A DNA stretch of 64,000 nucleotides from Bdellovibrionales bacterium (GCA_050246815.1 JBFWVI010000003.1:43267-107266); one strand, 5' to 3'. Shown: positions 41,378 to 53,089, counted from the first letter of the stretch. Numbers and translations are program-made. Notes: generated from the letters alone by a model not told the origin.

Positions 41378-42154
41378 ATGGCGGGGAATGAAGGTTTAAG
41401 ACAGCAGCTGACGAACTATTTTGCCCAGATGAGGCAAAAAAATCCGGGCTATTCGCTGCGTGCCATGGCCCGTGTTTTCAAAACCAGTCCCGCGCAGCTC
41501 TCACAGGTTCTTTCGGGTAAGCGGCCGATGAGTCGCAAATTCGTTTTAAGTGTCTCGGACAGACTGGGCCTGTCGCCCCTTGAAACCAAAGAGGCACTTG
41601 AATCACAATGCCCCTCACCTAGATCAAAAATTAGCTTTGAATCGATTGCCGAAGATCAGTTCAAACTGATCGCGGACTGGCATCACTTTGCGATTTTAAG
41701 TTTAGGTGAAACTGCCGACGCAAAAGCGGACCCAAAGTGGATTTCAAAGCGATTGGGCTTGGACTATTACGTCGTCCGCGAAGCGCTAACCAGGCTTCAA
41801 AAGCTTGGGATTATTGAAATCAAAAACGGGCGTTACCGGCAAATCACAAAACCGATCCACACCACTCAAGACATCCCGAGTGCGGCCATTCGTAAAAATC
41901 ATCGGCAAAACTTGGCTCTGGCCAGTGAAAAATTGGAACAAGTCGATGTGGCCGACCGCGAGTTCACATCGATGACGATGGCCATCAGCCGAAAAAAAAT
42001 AGATTTGGCGAAAAAGATGATCAGAAAATTCAAAACCGAAATGTATGAATTTTTGCAGGCAGGAGCAAAAGAAGAGGTTTACACTTTGGCGATCCAGCTC
42101 TTCCCCGTCTCAAAAATTGAACAAGAACAAGAATCCCAAGGAGGGAAAAAATGA
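41378..42154 (+). CDS. TIGR02147/DUF4423-family HTH protein
   Basis: KNPGYSLRAMAR...LSQVLSGKR HTH, WHHFAIL, T.DIPS.AIR..H, REFTS, VY.L.IQLFP. Confidence 0.88.
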   Translation: MAGNEGLRQQLTNYFAQMRQKNPGYSLRAMARVFKTSPAQLSQVLSGKRPMSRKFVLSVSDRLGLSPLETKEALESQCPSPRSKISFESIAEDQFKLIADWHHFAILSLGETADAKADPKWISKRLGLDYYVVREALTRLQKLGIIEIKNGRYRQITKPIHTTQDIPSAAIRKNHRQNLALASEKLEQVDVADREFTSMTMAISRKKIDLAKKMIRKFKTEMYEFLQAGAKEEVYTLAIQLFPVSKIEQEQESQGGKK

Positions 42155-43269
42155 AATACACGATGTTGGTCATTTTAACATTTTTGTCTTGGCCAAGCTT
42201 TGCCAATGGTGTGGGGAATGGCGGCGATGAGCTGAGGTTTTTGTTCCAGGAGGGGCGTGGCCACGCCATTCACAAAATCGCTGCTTTGAAAAGATGCTCA
42301 TTCGAAGCCGCAGAGTCAGAAGAGCTGGTCGATTGGATTTTGCAAAGAAAGTACGTCTTGATGGCCGACGTTGAAAATTCACCGCACGAGTGGATCACAG
42401 ACGCACAGTCCACATGCGCCTTTACGCAAACTAAATCACAACACCCGATCACGCTGTCTTTTGAGGCGTGCAAGAATATTTTGACCAAAGAACAGGCCGG
42501 GCGACTATTGATCCATGAATCGGTCCATCATATGGGTGTGAGCTCCGAAAGTTTTGCCGACGAAGTCGCCTACGCCATCTATGGCGCGTCCAATCGTGAT
42601 GTTTGCCCTGAACCCACGGATGACCCCTTTGAGTCGTCAAGTTGCACGGGTTCGCCAATGTCAGAAGAGGCGGCCCTGGCCTATATCCCACGGGGAGAGA
42701 TTGAGTCTGCTGAGATCGCGGCCATGTCGATGCATTCCCGATATCGGGTTTGCCAAGCGCAAACGGGCTGCACGGCTTGGCGTGAGGGTGCTGAATTTGG
42801 TTTTCTGTACCCGGTGACGTCATGCACCGGCTGCGGCAACGATCCGCAAACGGGGTACCGAAACTTTATGGCCAACCAGGCGAAGTCGAAAAACACTTTA
42901 AACTTCCGAATTGGCCTGAAAGGCAAAATCATTCTAGATCTGGATCAGACGCAGCCTTCCGAATCGTGGCCGCCCACCGCGTACAGTTGGCGTTTCATCA
43001 GTCGAAGCATGGATCACAGGCGCGAAATCAGTGTCAGTGAGCATTTTTATGACGCTTATTACGGCTCAGGCCAGCTGGTGCTGGGCGGGCATAATGAATT
43101 GGGAGAATACAGATCCTCAAGCGAGCGCAACAAACAATATCTGGCGCCACTGCGGGGCAAGCTGACCGATCATTGCCTTCGCCTGACCACATCAAACCGG
43201 GTTCAATTGCCCGACGGAAGATGGGTTGAAAATCAGGGTGTCTTGTTCTCGCGCTTTGAAGGAAAATAA
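42151..43269 (+). CDS. Secreted Cys-rich protein with HExxH motif
   Basis: Signal peptide then GVGNGGD; LIHESVHH; multiple Cys; ATGA overlap with the upstream regulator. Confidence 0.82.
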   Translation: MKYTMLVILTFLSWPSFANGVGNGGDELRFLFQEGRGHAIHKIAALKRCSFEAAESEELVDWILQRKYVLMADVENSPHEWITDAQSTCAFTQTKSQHPITLSFEACKNILTKEQAGRLLIHESVHHMGVSSESFADEVAYAIYGASNRDVCPEPTDDPFESSSCTGSPMSEEAALAYIPRGEIESAEIAAMSMHSRYRVCQAQTGCTAWREGAEFGFLYPVTSCTGCGNDPQTGYRNFMANQAKSKNTLNFRIGLKGKIILDLDQTQPSESWPPTAYSWRFISRSMDHRREISVSEHFYDAYYGSGQLVLGGHNELGEYRSSSERNKQYLAPLRGKLTDHCLRLTTSNRVQLPDGRWVENQGVLFSRFEGK

Positions 43270-43283
43270 GAAGCTGCAGGCAT

Positions 43284-44795
43284 TTAACCTGCGGACTTTG
43301 ATTTTTTCAGATTCTCAGAGATTTTCGATGGCGCGTGCGAGGCCGGCTTTAGGCGCGCGCGCAGGCGTTCAGGCAAATACTCGCTGGTGCCGGGGGGCAA
43401 GTGCAAAACGAATCCGCGCGGCAAAGAAATTTGGCGGATGTATTTGCGGTTTAAATCTAAATTTTGCTCGAGCAGCTTTGTCATGTTCAGGTTGCCCTGG
43501 TCGGCCAGGTGTTTCAGGCGCAAACCACCTTGGGTGATAGTAAAGCGCTCGTGCGGCAAAGCGGGTTCGCGCGCGACAGACGGAAAAGCCACTTCGGAGT
43601 AGCGTTCGGCATACAAGGCGGCCAAAAAACAAGCATAGAAGTTCGAAGAGGCAAATTTAAAATCCCCGCGATGGTAGCGGTCAATGATCGTGGGCAAGTC
43701 GCGTGAGCGGGCGGCTCGAATGGCTTTTTCGATGTTGCCGATGCCGTGGTTGTAAGCGGTCACCGCCAACGGCCAGCTGCCTAGGGCGTGACGGTAGCTG
43801 CGCAGCAGGCGTGCCGCCATATCGGTGGCTTTCAACGGAGAATTCCGTTCATCAATTGCTTCGCTAACAATGCCATAGGCGCGGCCAGTGGCGGGCATCA
43901 CTTGCCAGATGCCACTAGCGCCCACCTTGCTTTCGGCGCGCTCATTGAAGCTGCTTTCAACAAAGGGCATGCGCGTGAGATCCAAGGGTAGTCCGGCGTT
44001 GAAAAAAGTCTCTTCCATATAAGGAAGATAACGGCTGCTGCGGCGAAGACCTGAGATAAAGAAGTCTTTTTGGCCCAACTGCGTGCGCAGCATACCCGCA
44101 GCCGTGCGGTAAACTTTTTTGCGTGAACCGGGCACAACTTTTAAAACTTCAACCAGATGACGTTCAAGGTCGTTTTTGCGGCGGCCGGGGTTTGCGGCCA
44201 AGCGAGCCAAGGCGGCACGAATGTCGCGTGCTCGTTTTTTTGCATATTTGTTGGCGCGATCGATACGCAACCACTCTGGGCCCTTGCCGGTTTGGATTGC
44301 CTCACTGAAGTCTAAAATCTCGTAGGTGATCCAGGGATAAAGAGTATGGTGAATCACGTGAGTGGTGCGGCCGTGCCGAGTGTAAATATCAAACCAAAAT
44401 TGCACGCGTTCGCGCATCCCTTCGGGAATATTGAATTCATCATTCACGCGGTTCATGGGGTCATCTAAAAGCTCATTGTGAGTCAGGCGTTCCAGACGTT
44501 CGGATTCACCCAAAACCGGGGCTGAAGGCAATGCGGCCGGTAAATCAGCCAAATCTTGGCCTTTATCAAGCTGTGGGGTTGGTAAAAAACTGCTGGGCTT
44601 TCGATTGGTCCACTTTTGCCAAATATTGACGGCGGTGACCATCTTGGCCTGATAGGGCTTTAAGTCCAAAGTGGACCAATTGGCGGCAAAGGAGCCACCA
44701 AAAGCCAAAAAGCAAAGCAAAAACAAAGACTTGGTTCGATAAAGCCCACCAGCCCGGTTTTTTTCAGGTTTTGCGGTCCACCCACGAAATAGCAT
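43284..44795 (-). CDS. Lytic transglycosylase (SLT domain, MltD-like)
   Basis: VESSF catalytic Glu, GASGIWQVMP.T, DERNSP, AYNHG; degenerate LysM-like C-terminus. Confidence 0.92.
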   Translation of the reverse strand: MLFRGWTAKPEKNRAGGLYRTKSLFLLCFLAFGGSFAANWSTLDLKPYQAKMVTAVNIWQKWTNRKPSSFLPTPQLDKGQDLADLPAALPSAPVLGESERLERLTHNELLDDPMNRVNDEFNIPEGMRERVQFWFDIYTRHGRTTHVIHHTLYPWITYEILDFSEAIQTGKGPEWLRIDRANKYAKKRARDIRAALARLAANPGRRKNDLERHLVEVLKVVPGSRKKVYRTAAGMLRTQLGQKDFFISGLRRSSRYLPYMEETFFNAGLPLDLTRMPFVESSFNERAESKVGASGIWQVMPATGRAYGIVSEAIDERNSPLKATDMAARLLRSYRHALGSWPLAVTAYNHGIGNIEKAIRAARSRDLPTIIDRYHRGDFKFASSNFYACFLAALYAERYSEVAFPSVAREPALPHERFTITQGGLRLKHLADQGNLNMTKLLEQNLDLNRKYIRQISLPRGFVLHLPPGTSEYLPERLRARLKPASHAPSKISENLKKSKSAG

Positions 44796-44807
44796 ACCTT
44801 CCTCTAG

Positions 44808-44823
44808 AGCAAATTGAGTGCCG
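44808..44823 (-). promoter_or_regulatory. sigma54 -24/-12 promoter with adjacent IHF-like site
   Basis: CGGCAC-tcaat-TTGCT on the minus strand; AATTAAGTAGTTA at 44839-44851 is one mismatch from WATCAANNNNTTR. Confidence 0.7.
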
Positions 44824-44930
44824 CCGCGTCATTGTAAAAATTAAGTAGTTACAGGCACTTATGATAAGATCAAATTAAGACATCGGGGCATGCTCTAGAC
44901 AGCAGTTGTGGTGTTCGACACCTCAAAAGG

Positions 44931-46436
44931 ATGCGTCTCAAAATGGGAGAAGTTTTTAGCGAAAATCTGGCGGGTTTGGCCAACTTCGCGAACGCTAAGT
45001 TCACGGCGATCATCAGCGATTTGCATCTTTGCGAAGAGGAACCCGTCCATCATGATCACCCACTGTGGAAGAAGTATAAAAGTCGACAGTTTTTTTTCGA
45101 CCAGGAGTTTGAGGAGTTTCTTAAACACGTGCGCGAGCGAGCCAAAGGTGAGCCCGTTGAGCTGATTTTAAACGGCGATATCTTTGACTTCGATAGTGTG
45201 ACCACTTTACCCGAGTTGCCACCCTATCGTTTGAGCTGGCTTGAGCGTCGACGCGGCCTGCATCCACAAAAAGAGAAATCGGAATTTAAAATTCAAAGAA
45301 TTTTGCAACATCACGAACAATGGGTGCGGGCCTTGAGCCAATTTGTGCAAGAGGGCAACCGGGTGATCTTCATCATCGGAAACCATGATTTAGAGCTGCA
45401 TTTTCACAGGGTTCAAGAGGCGATTGTTGAAGCCCTGAACTTGACCGAAGACGCCAAACAACGAGTCCGTTTCAATGAGTGGTTTTACATCTCGAATGGC
45501 GACACTCTGATCGAACATGGTAATCAGTACGATCCCTATTGTATGGCCCAAGACCCCGTGAACCCCTATGTCCTGCGTTTTAATCGTATTGAAGTCAGAG
45601 TGCCGTTTGGCAATTTGGCGACCCGCTATTTGATTAACGGCATGGGCTTTTTTAATCCCCACGTCGACACAAATTATTTAATGAGCGCGAAAGAGTATGT
45701 GCGATTTTTCTTTCGTTACATGATCCGCGCCCAACCGCTCTTAATGGTGGATTGGTTTTGGGGTTCGACTGTGACTCTGGTGCAGTCTTTTGTGGACCGC
45801 TTGCGGCCGTCGCTTCGTGATCCCTTGACCATCGAAGATCGCGTGCAGTGGATCGCGGCCAAGGCCAATGCCACGCCGCGAATGGTGCGTGAGCTGCAGG
45901 AGCTTTTTGTTGCGCCGGCCTCGAGTTACCCGACAATCATTGCCAAGGAGCTTTGGTTGGATCGGGCTTTTTTAGTGGTGGCGTTCTTACTGTTGATGAT
46001 GCAGCTGATGCTTTTTTTGGCGACTATGGAGAATAAATTCATGTGGTGGGTGATTTTGCCCATTGTACCGCTACTTTTTTTCGTGCCCTTTTTTATTTTT
46101 TACTCACGCACAGTGGCTTCGTTGGTGGTGGAATCCAAAGAGCCCAAAGAAGAGATTTTGGCGATGGCCGGTCAGATCACCAAAACCAATCGTATTGTTT
46201 ATGGCCATACCCACATCATGCGACATGAAGTCATTGGTCCTATCGAGCACCTGAACAGCGGCACATGGTCCCCGGCATTTGCGGATGTGGAGTGCGAGAA
46301 GCCGGTGGGCCTTAAAACGTTTGTTTGGCTTGAGCCGACCAATGACGGAGGGCGGCACGCGCTGCTGTTAGCCTTCCGACACAGCCGTAGCTTTGCCGCC
46401 TTTGCCGCGCCTAAACGGCACACAGTTGGCGCGTGA
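44931..46436 (+). CDS. Calcineurin-like metallophosphoesterase with internal TM hairpin
   Basis: SDLH, GDIFD, GNHD, EHG, GHTH motifs; two hydrophobic helices before the last motif. Confidence 0.88.
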   Translation: MRLKMGEVFSENLAGLANFANAKFTAIISDLHLCEEEPVHHDHPLWKKYKSRQFFFDQEFEEFLKHVRERAKGEPVELILNGDIFDFDSVTTLPELPPYRLSWLERRRGLHPQKEKSEFKIQRILQHHEQWVRALSQFVQEGNRVIFIIGNHDLELHFHRVQEAIVEALNLTEDAKQRVRFNEWFYISNGDTLIEHGNQYDPYCMAQDPVNPYVLRFNRIEVRVPFGNLATRYLINGMGFFNPHVDTNYLMSAKEYVRFFFRYMIRAQPLLMVDWFWGSTVTLVQSFVDRLRPSLRDPLTIEDRVQWIAAKANATPRMVRELQELFVAPASSYPTIIAKELWLDRAFLVVAFLLLMMQLMLFLATMENKFMWWVILPIVPLLFFVPFFIFYSRTVASLVVESKEPKEEILAMAGQITKTNRIVYGHTHIMRHEVIGPIEHLNSGTWSPAFADVECEKPVGLKTFVWLEPTNDGGRHALLLAFRHSRSFAAFAAPKRHTVGA

Positions 46437-46471
46437 AGCGGCGCACCGTTTTGTGCAAATCTCAGATCCCC

Positions 46472-46505
46472 TATAATTAATCTGGACAAGCATGGGTGGT
46501 ATAAT
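46472..46505 (+). promoter_or_regulatory. sigma70-type promoter(s) of the histone gene
   Basis: TATAAT at 46472 and extended -10 TGGTATAAT at 46497-46505; GGAGG RBS at 46533. Confidence 0.7.
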
Positions 46506-46541
46506 TAAACCTCGGTACTAGGGACTTCTTGTGGAGGACAA

Positions 46542-46736
46542 ATGTCTGACGTTCTGGTTGTAACTAGCAAAGTTAAAAAGTTTATTAAAGAAAAAGGTGG
46601 CTGCAACACTTCTGCCGAGACCGTTGACGTTTTGAGCAAGGCTGTTGAAGCTCTTTGCCAAAAGGGCGTTGAAAGCGCCAAGGCCGATGGTCGCAAGACT
46701 GTCATGGCACGCGATATCGTCATCGACCATCTGTAG
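46542..46736 (+). CDS. Bacterial histone-fold protein (Bd0055-like singlet histone)
   Basis: 64 aa: alpha1 (SKVKKFIKEK), L1 NTS, alpha2 (AETVDVL...AKAD), L2 GRKTVMARD with the R-x6-D histone clamp, short alpha3; own promoter, RBS and terminator. Confidence 0.95.
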   Translation: MSDVLVVTSKVKKFIKEKGGCNTSAETVDVLSKAVEALCQKGVESAKADGRKTVMARDIVIDHL

Positions 46737-46766
46737 TCGTCGAAGCGGTCTTAAATTTTGAATTTT

Positions 46767-46795
46767 AAATGGGATCGCTCGATCCCATTTTTTTT
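46767..46795 (+). terminator. Intrinsic terminator after the histone gene
   Basis: aaatgggatcg/cgatcccattt stem plus T-tract; between histone and convergent ligA. Confidence 0.9.
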
Positions 46796-46803
46796 AAAGC
46801 GGC

Positions 46804-49279
<2,476 letters not shown>

Positions 49280-49280
49280 A

Positions 49281-50759
49281 ATGAGCGACATGTTTTTTTC
49301 TTCTCTCATTGAAATGCGCGACAAGGTTCGTCGAAGAGAAATCAGCGCGAAGGCTTTGACCGAAGCCCATTTAAGCCGCAGTCGCGATTTGAACCCAAAG
49401 CTGAATGCCTACACCACCTTCAACGAAAAGGCTGTTCAGGCGGCCGAAAAAATCGATCAGATGATTCAAGCGGGCAAGGATCCGGGCCCGCTGGCCGGTG
49501 TGCCGTTCTCGATCAAGGACATGCTTTGCACCACGGGGCTACGTACGACGGCAGGCTCGAAAATGCTGCACAATTTTGTGCCGCCCTATTCAGCCACAGT
49601 GGTCGAGCGTTTAGAAAATGCCGGCGCCGTGGTGATCGGTAAAGCCAATCAAGATGAGTTTGCAATGGGCTCGAGCAACGAGTCTTCGTACTTTGGTGCT
49701 GTAAAAAATCCGTGGAGCCTGCAACATGTCCCAGGCGGTTCAAGCGGTGGTTCGGCCGCCGCGGTTTCAGCAGGGCTGGCCGCCGCCTCAATTGGCACCG
49801 ATACGGGCGGTTCGATTCGCCAGCCGGCGAACTTCTGCGGCATTGTGGGGGTGAAACCCACTTACGGTCGGGTGAGCCGCTACGGAATTGTCGCGTTTGC
49901 TTCGAGCTTAGATCAAGCTGGGCCAATGACCCGCACGGTGGCCGATTCGGCCCAGATCATGGAAGTGATTTGTGGCTTGGATGAGCGCGATTCCACCACG
50001 GCCAATCAGCCTGTGCCCGCTTGGTCGAAACAATTAAGCAACAATTTGAAGGGTCTTAAAGTTGGCTTGCCAAAGGAGTATTTTTCAGACGAGGTCAGCG
50101 CCGACACCCGTAAAGTGGTCGAACAAGCGCTTAAAATCGTGAAAGATGCAGGGGCCACCACGGTGGAAGTCTCGATTCCTCTGACCTCTTACGGTGTGCC
50201 AATTTATTATTTGATTGCGACCTCTGAAGCCTCTTCGAATTTAGCCCGCTACGATGGTGTGCGCTTTGGCCATCGTGCTGACTTTTCAAAACGGGCGGCC
50301 TCGGATTTAGAAGAATTTTATTCGCGTTCGCGTGGAGAAGGTTTTGGTGCCGAAGTTAAACGACGTATCATGCTGGGGACCTATGCGCTTTCAAGCGGCT
50401 ATTACGATGCGTTTTATCGCAAGGCGGGCCAAGTGCGCCGTTTGTTGCGCGATCAGTTTTTGCAGGCCTTCCGCCAGTGCGATGTGCTGTTGACGCCGGT
50501 GACCACATCGCCCGCATTTAAAATTGGCGAGCGCTCATCGAATCCGCTGCAAATGTATTTGAATGATATCTACACGACTTCGACCAATCTGGTGGGCATT
50601 CCTGGCATGAGTGTGCCGGGTGGATTTTCAAGTGAGGGGTTGCCGATTGGCGTGCAGCTGTCGGCCGCGCATTTCCAAGAGGACAAAATGTTGAACGTTG
50701 GATTCACCATCGAGCAAGCCCTGAATTTAACCAAGAAGGTGCCCCATGGCATTCAATGA
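49281..50759 (+). CDS. gatA: Asp/Glu-tRNA amidotransferase subunit A
   Basis: IKD, PGGSSGGSAA, GTDTGGSIRQPA, SSNLARYDG. Confidence 0.98.
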   Translation: MSDMFFSSLIEMRDKVRRREISAKALTEAHLSRSRDLNPKLNAYTTFNEKAVQAAEKIDQMIQAGKDPGPLAGVPFSIKDMLCTTGLRTTAGSKMLHNFVPPYSATVVERLENAGAVVIGKANQDEFAMGSSNESSYFGAVKNPWSLQHVPGGSSGGSAAAVSAGLAAASIGTDTGGSIRQPANFCGIVGVKPTYGRVSRYGIVAFASSLDQAGPMTRTVADSAQIMEVICGLDERDSTTANQPVPAWSKQLSNNLKGLKVGLPKEYFSDEVSADTRKVVEQALKIVKDAGATTVEVSIPLTSYGVPIYYLIATSEASSNLARYDGVRFGHRADFSKRAASDLEEFYSRSRGEGFGAEVKRRIMLGTYALSSGYYDAFYRKAGQVRRLLRDQFLQAFRQCDVLLTPVTTSPAFKIGERSSNPLQMYLNDIYTTSTNLVGIPGMSVPGGFSSEGLPIGVQLSAAHFQEDKMLNVGFTIEQALNLTKKVPHGIQ

Positions 50760-52179
50760 TTGGGAAGCGGTCATCGGGCTTGAAATCCACGCGCAGCTGT
50801 TGACCAAAAGTAAAATGTTTTCACCGGATTCTGCTGAATTTGGCGGCGCCGACAACGAACACACCCACCCGATCAGTCTTGGCATGCCCGGGACACTGCC
50901 CGTCGTGAATCGCGAGGCCATTGACGATTCCATTCGCACCGGCTTGGCACTGAACTGCAAAATTCGTCAAAAATCAGTGTTTGCCCGCAAAAACTATTTT
51001 TATCCTGACCTGCCCAAAGGCTATCAAATTTCACAATTCGATCAGCCGCTTTGCGAAGAGGGCTATGTTGAATATTTCTTAGACAATCAAATCAAGCGCG
51101 TGCGTATTGAACGGGCCCACATGGAAGAAGACGCGGGCAAATCAACTCATTCGGTGGATTTTAGTCTAATCAACTTAAATCGCGCAGGGGTGCCCTTGCT
51201 TGAAATTGTGTCAGGCCCCGATATGCGTTCGCCGGCTGAGGCTGCCGAATACGCACGAACTGTGCGCAAAATTTTGCGTTACTTGGAGGTATGTGATGGC
51301 AACCTTGAAGAGGGCTCGATGCGTTGTGATTGCAACGTCAGCGTTCGCCGCCGAGGCGAAACCAAGTTAGGCACAAAGGTAGAGCTCAAGAACATCAACT
51401 CTTTCCGCTTTGTCGAAAAGGCGATCGAATACGAAATCCAGCGGCAAATCGACGCGATTGAAAGTGGCGAAAAGATTGTTCAAGAGACGCGGCTTTTTGA
51501 TTCGACTAAAAACCGCACGTTTGCGATGCGCTCCAAAGAAGAAGCGCATGATTACCGTTACTTTCCAGATCCGGATTTGCTTCCTTTGGTGGTCAGCGAT
51601 GAGTGGCTAAATGAGGCCAAAAGCAAACTACCAGAGCTACCCTTGGCCCGCGCACGCCGGTTTCAAGAATTTTACGGTCTGCCCGAATATGATTCTTTTG
51701 TGCTGACGGCGGAAAAAGAGATTGCCGAGTATTTTGAACAGGCCGCCAAAATCAGCAACAACCCGAAGGCGGCGTCCAACTGGATTATGGGCGATCTGCT
51801 GCGCGAGCTCAATGAAAGCAAAAAGCAAGTGACCGATTCGCCCATCACCAGCCAAGCGCTTGGCGAGTTGGTAAAAATGATCGATGCCAAAACCATTTCT
51901 GGCAAAATGGCGAAAGAAGTTTTTGCCGAGATGTGGAAGAGCAGCAAAGCACCCGCGGCCATCGTCAAAGAAAAAGGCATGTCGCAAATAACCGACACAG
52001 GGGCCATTGCCAAGATCGTCGACGAAGTGCTGGCGGCCAATCCTGGTCCTGTCGCCGAATATCGCGGCGGAAAAACAAAACTTCTGGGCTTTTTCGTCGG
52101 TTTGGTGATGAAGGCTTCAAAAGGACAGGCCAACCCGGATGCAGTGAATCAGCTCTTGCAAGAGAAATTGAAGGGCTAA
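50746..52179 (+). CDS. gatB: Asp/Glu-tRNA amidotransferase subunit B
   Basis: IGLEIH, RKNYFYPDLPKGYQISQ, EEDAGK, DYRYFPDPDL. Confidence 0.98.
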   Translation: MAFNDWEAVIGLEIHAQLLTKSKMFSPDSAEFGGADNEHTHPISLGMPGTLPVVNREAIDDSIRTGLALNCKIRQKSVFARKNYFYPDLPKGYQISQFDQPLCEEGYVEYFLDNQIKRVRIERAHMEEDAGKSTHSVDFSLINLNRAGVPLLEIVSGPDMRSPAEAAEYARTVRKILRYLEVCDGNLEEGSMRCDCNVSVRRRGETKLGTKVELKNINSFRFVEKAIEYEIQRQIDAIESGEKIVQETRLFDSTKNRTFAMRSKEEAHDYRYFPDPDLLPLVVSDEWLNEAKSKLPELPLARARRFQEFYGLPEYDSFVLTAEKEIAEYFEQAAKISNNPKAASNWIMGDLLRELNESKKQVTDSPITSQALGELVKMIDAKTISGKMAKEVFAEMWKSSKAPAAIVKEKGMSQITDTGAIAKIVDEVLAANPGPVAEYRGGKTKLLGFFVGLVMKASKGQANPDAVNQLLQEKLKG

Positions 52180-52183
52180 CCCG

Positions 52184-53089
52184 GTGCGAGTGGCGGCGCT
52201 GGACCTGGGCTCGAACACATTCTTGCTTTTGATCGCGGATCTTGATGGACAAAACATTAAAAAAGTTTTGCTCGACGAAACCCGCGTTACGCGTTTAGGG
52301 CAAGGCGTGCACCAGGCGCGTGAGTTTCACCCTGAAGCTTTGGCCAGAGCCGATGCCACGCTATCGGAATTCGCAAAAGCCATAGCGGAACACAAATGTG
52401 ACAAAGTGGTGGCCGTGGCCACCAGCGCCGCACGCGATGTGAAAAACGGGATACGACTGATCGAAATCGGCCAACGCCATGGCATTCCGATTCAGATCAT
52501 CTCGGGGCAGCAAGAAGCTGAGATCACATACGACGGGGCCACGGCGGATTTTCCGGCAGACACGGCAGCTAGCGTGATCGATGTGGGCGGTGGTTCGACG
52601 GAAGTCATCGGGCGCTGGGGCGACAGGTTGCAGGGGTGCAGTGTGGATGTCGGTAGTGTGCGGTTGACAGAAATGTTTTTAGCACAGCACCCTTGCCGGG
52701 CCGAAGATATGCAACGGATGCAAAATTACATCAACCAGCGAATTGCAGAAAAAAAATCACTGCTTCCGAGTGGCCTTAAAAATGTCATTGCTGTGGCGGG
52801 TACGCCCACAACACTGGCGATGTTAGAGCAAGAAACGGAATTCGACGAGGCGCGTATTCACAAATTTGAAATGACGAATAAAAAAATCTGGCAATGGCGC
52901 GATCGTTTGGCGTGCCTAAGCGTGGAGCAAAGACAAAAATTGCCTGGGATGCAACCGAAGCGTGCGGACGTCTTGGTGGCAGGCGCGACTATTTTGGCAT
53001 CCGTTGTTGAGGCGCTAGGAGCGAAAGGCGTGATTGTCTCAACAAAAGGTGTTCGTTACGGAGTGGCGAGGTCATGGCAAAAAATTTAG
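52184..53089 (+). CDS. Ppx/GppA phosphatase family protein (short form)
   Basis: DLGSNT, ATSAARD, DVGGGSTE, GSVRLTE, RADV; no C-terminal HD domain. Confidence 0.92.
   Translation: MRVAALDLGSNTFLLLIADLDGQNIKKVLLDETRVTRLGQGVHQAREFHPEALARADATLSEFAKAIAEHKCDKVVAVATSAARDVKNGIRLIEIGQRHGIPIQIISGQQEAEITYDGATADFPADTAASVIDVGGGSTEVIGRWGDRLQGCSVDVGSVRLTEMFLAQHPCRAEDMQRMQNYINQRIAEKKSLLPSGLKNVIAVAGTPTTLAMLEQETEFDEARIHKFEMTNKKIWQWRDRLACLSVEQRQKLPGMQPKRADVLVAGATILASVVEALGAKGVIVSTKGVRYGVARSWQKI

Noticed and set aside
46505..46730. Two minus-strand ORFs overlapping the histone gene
   Set aside because: Antisense shadows; the promoter, RBS, terminator and motif all support the + strand ORF
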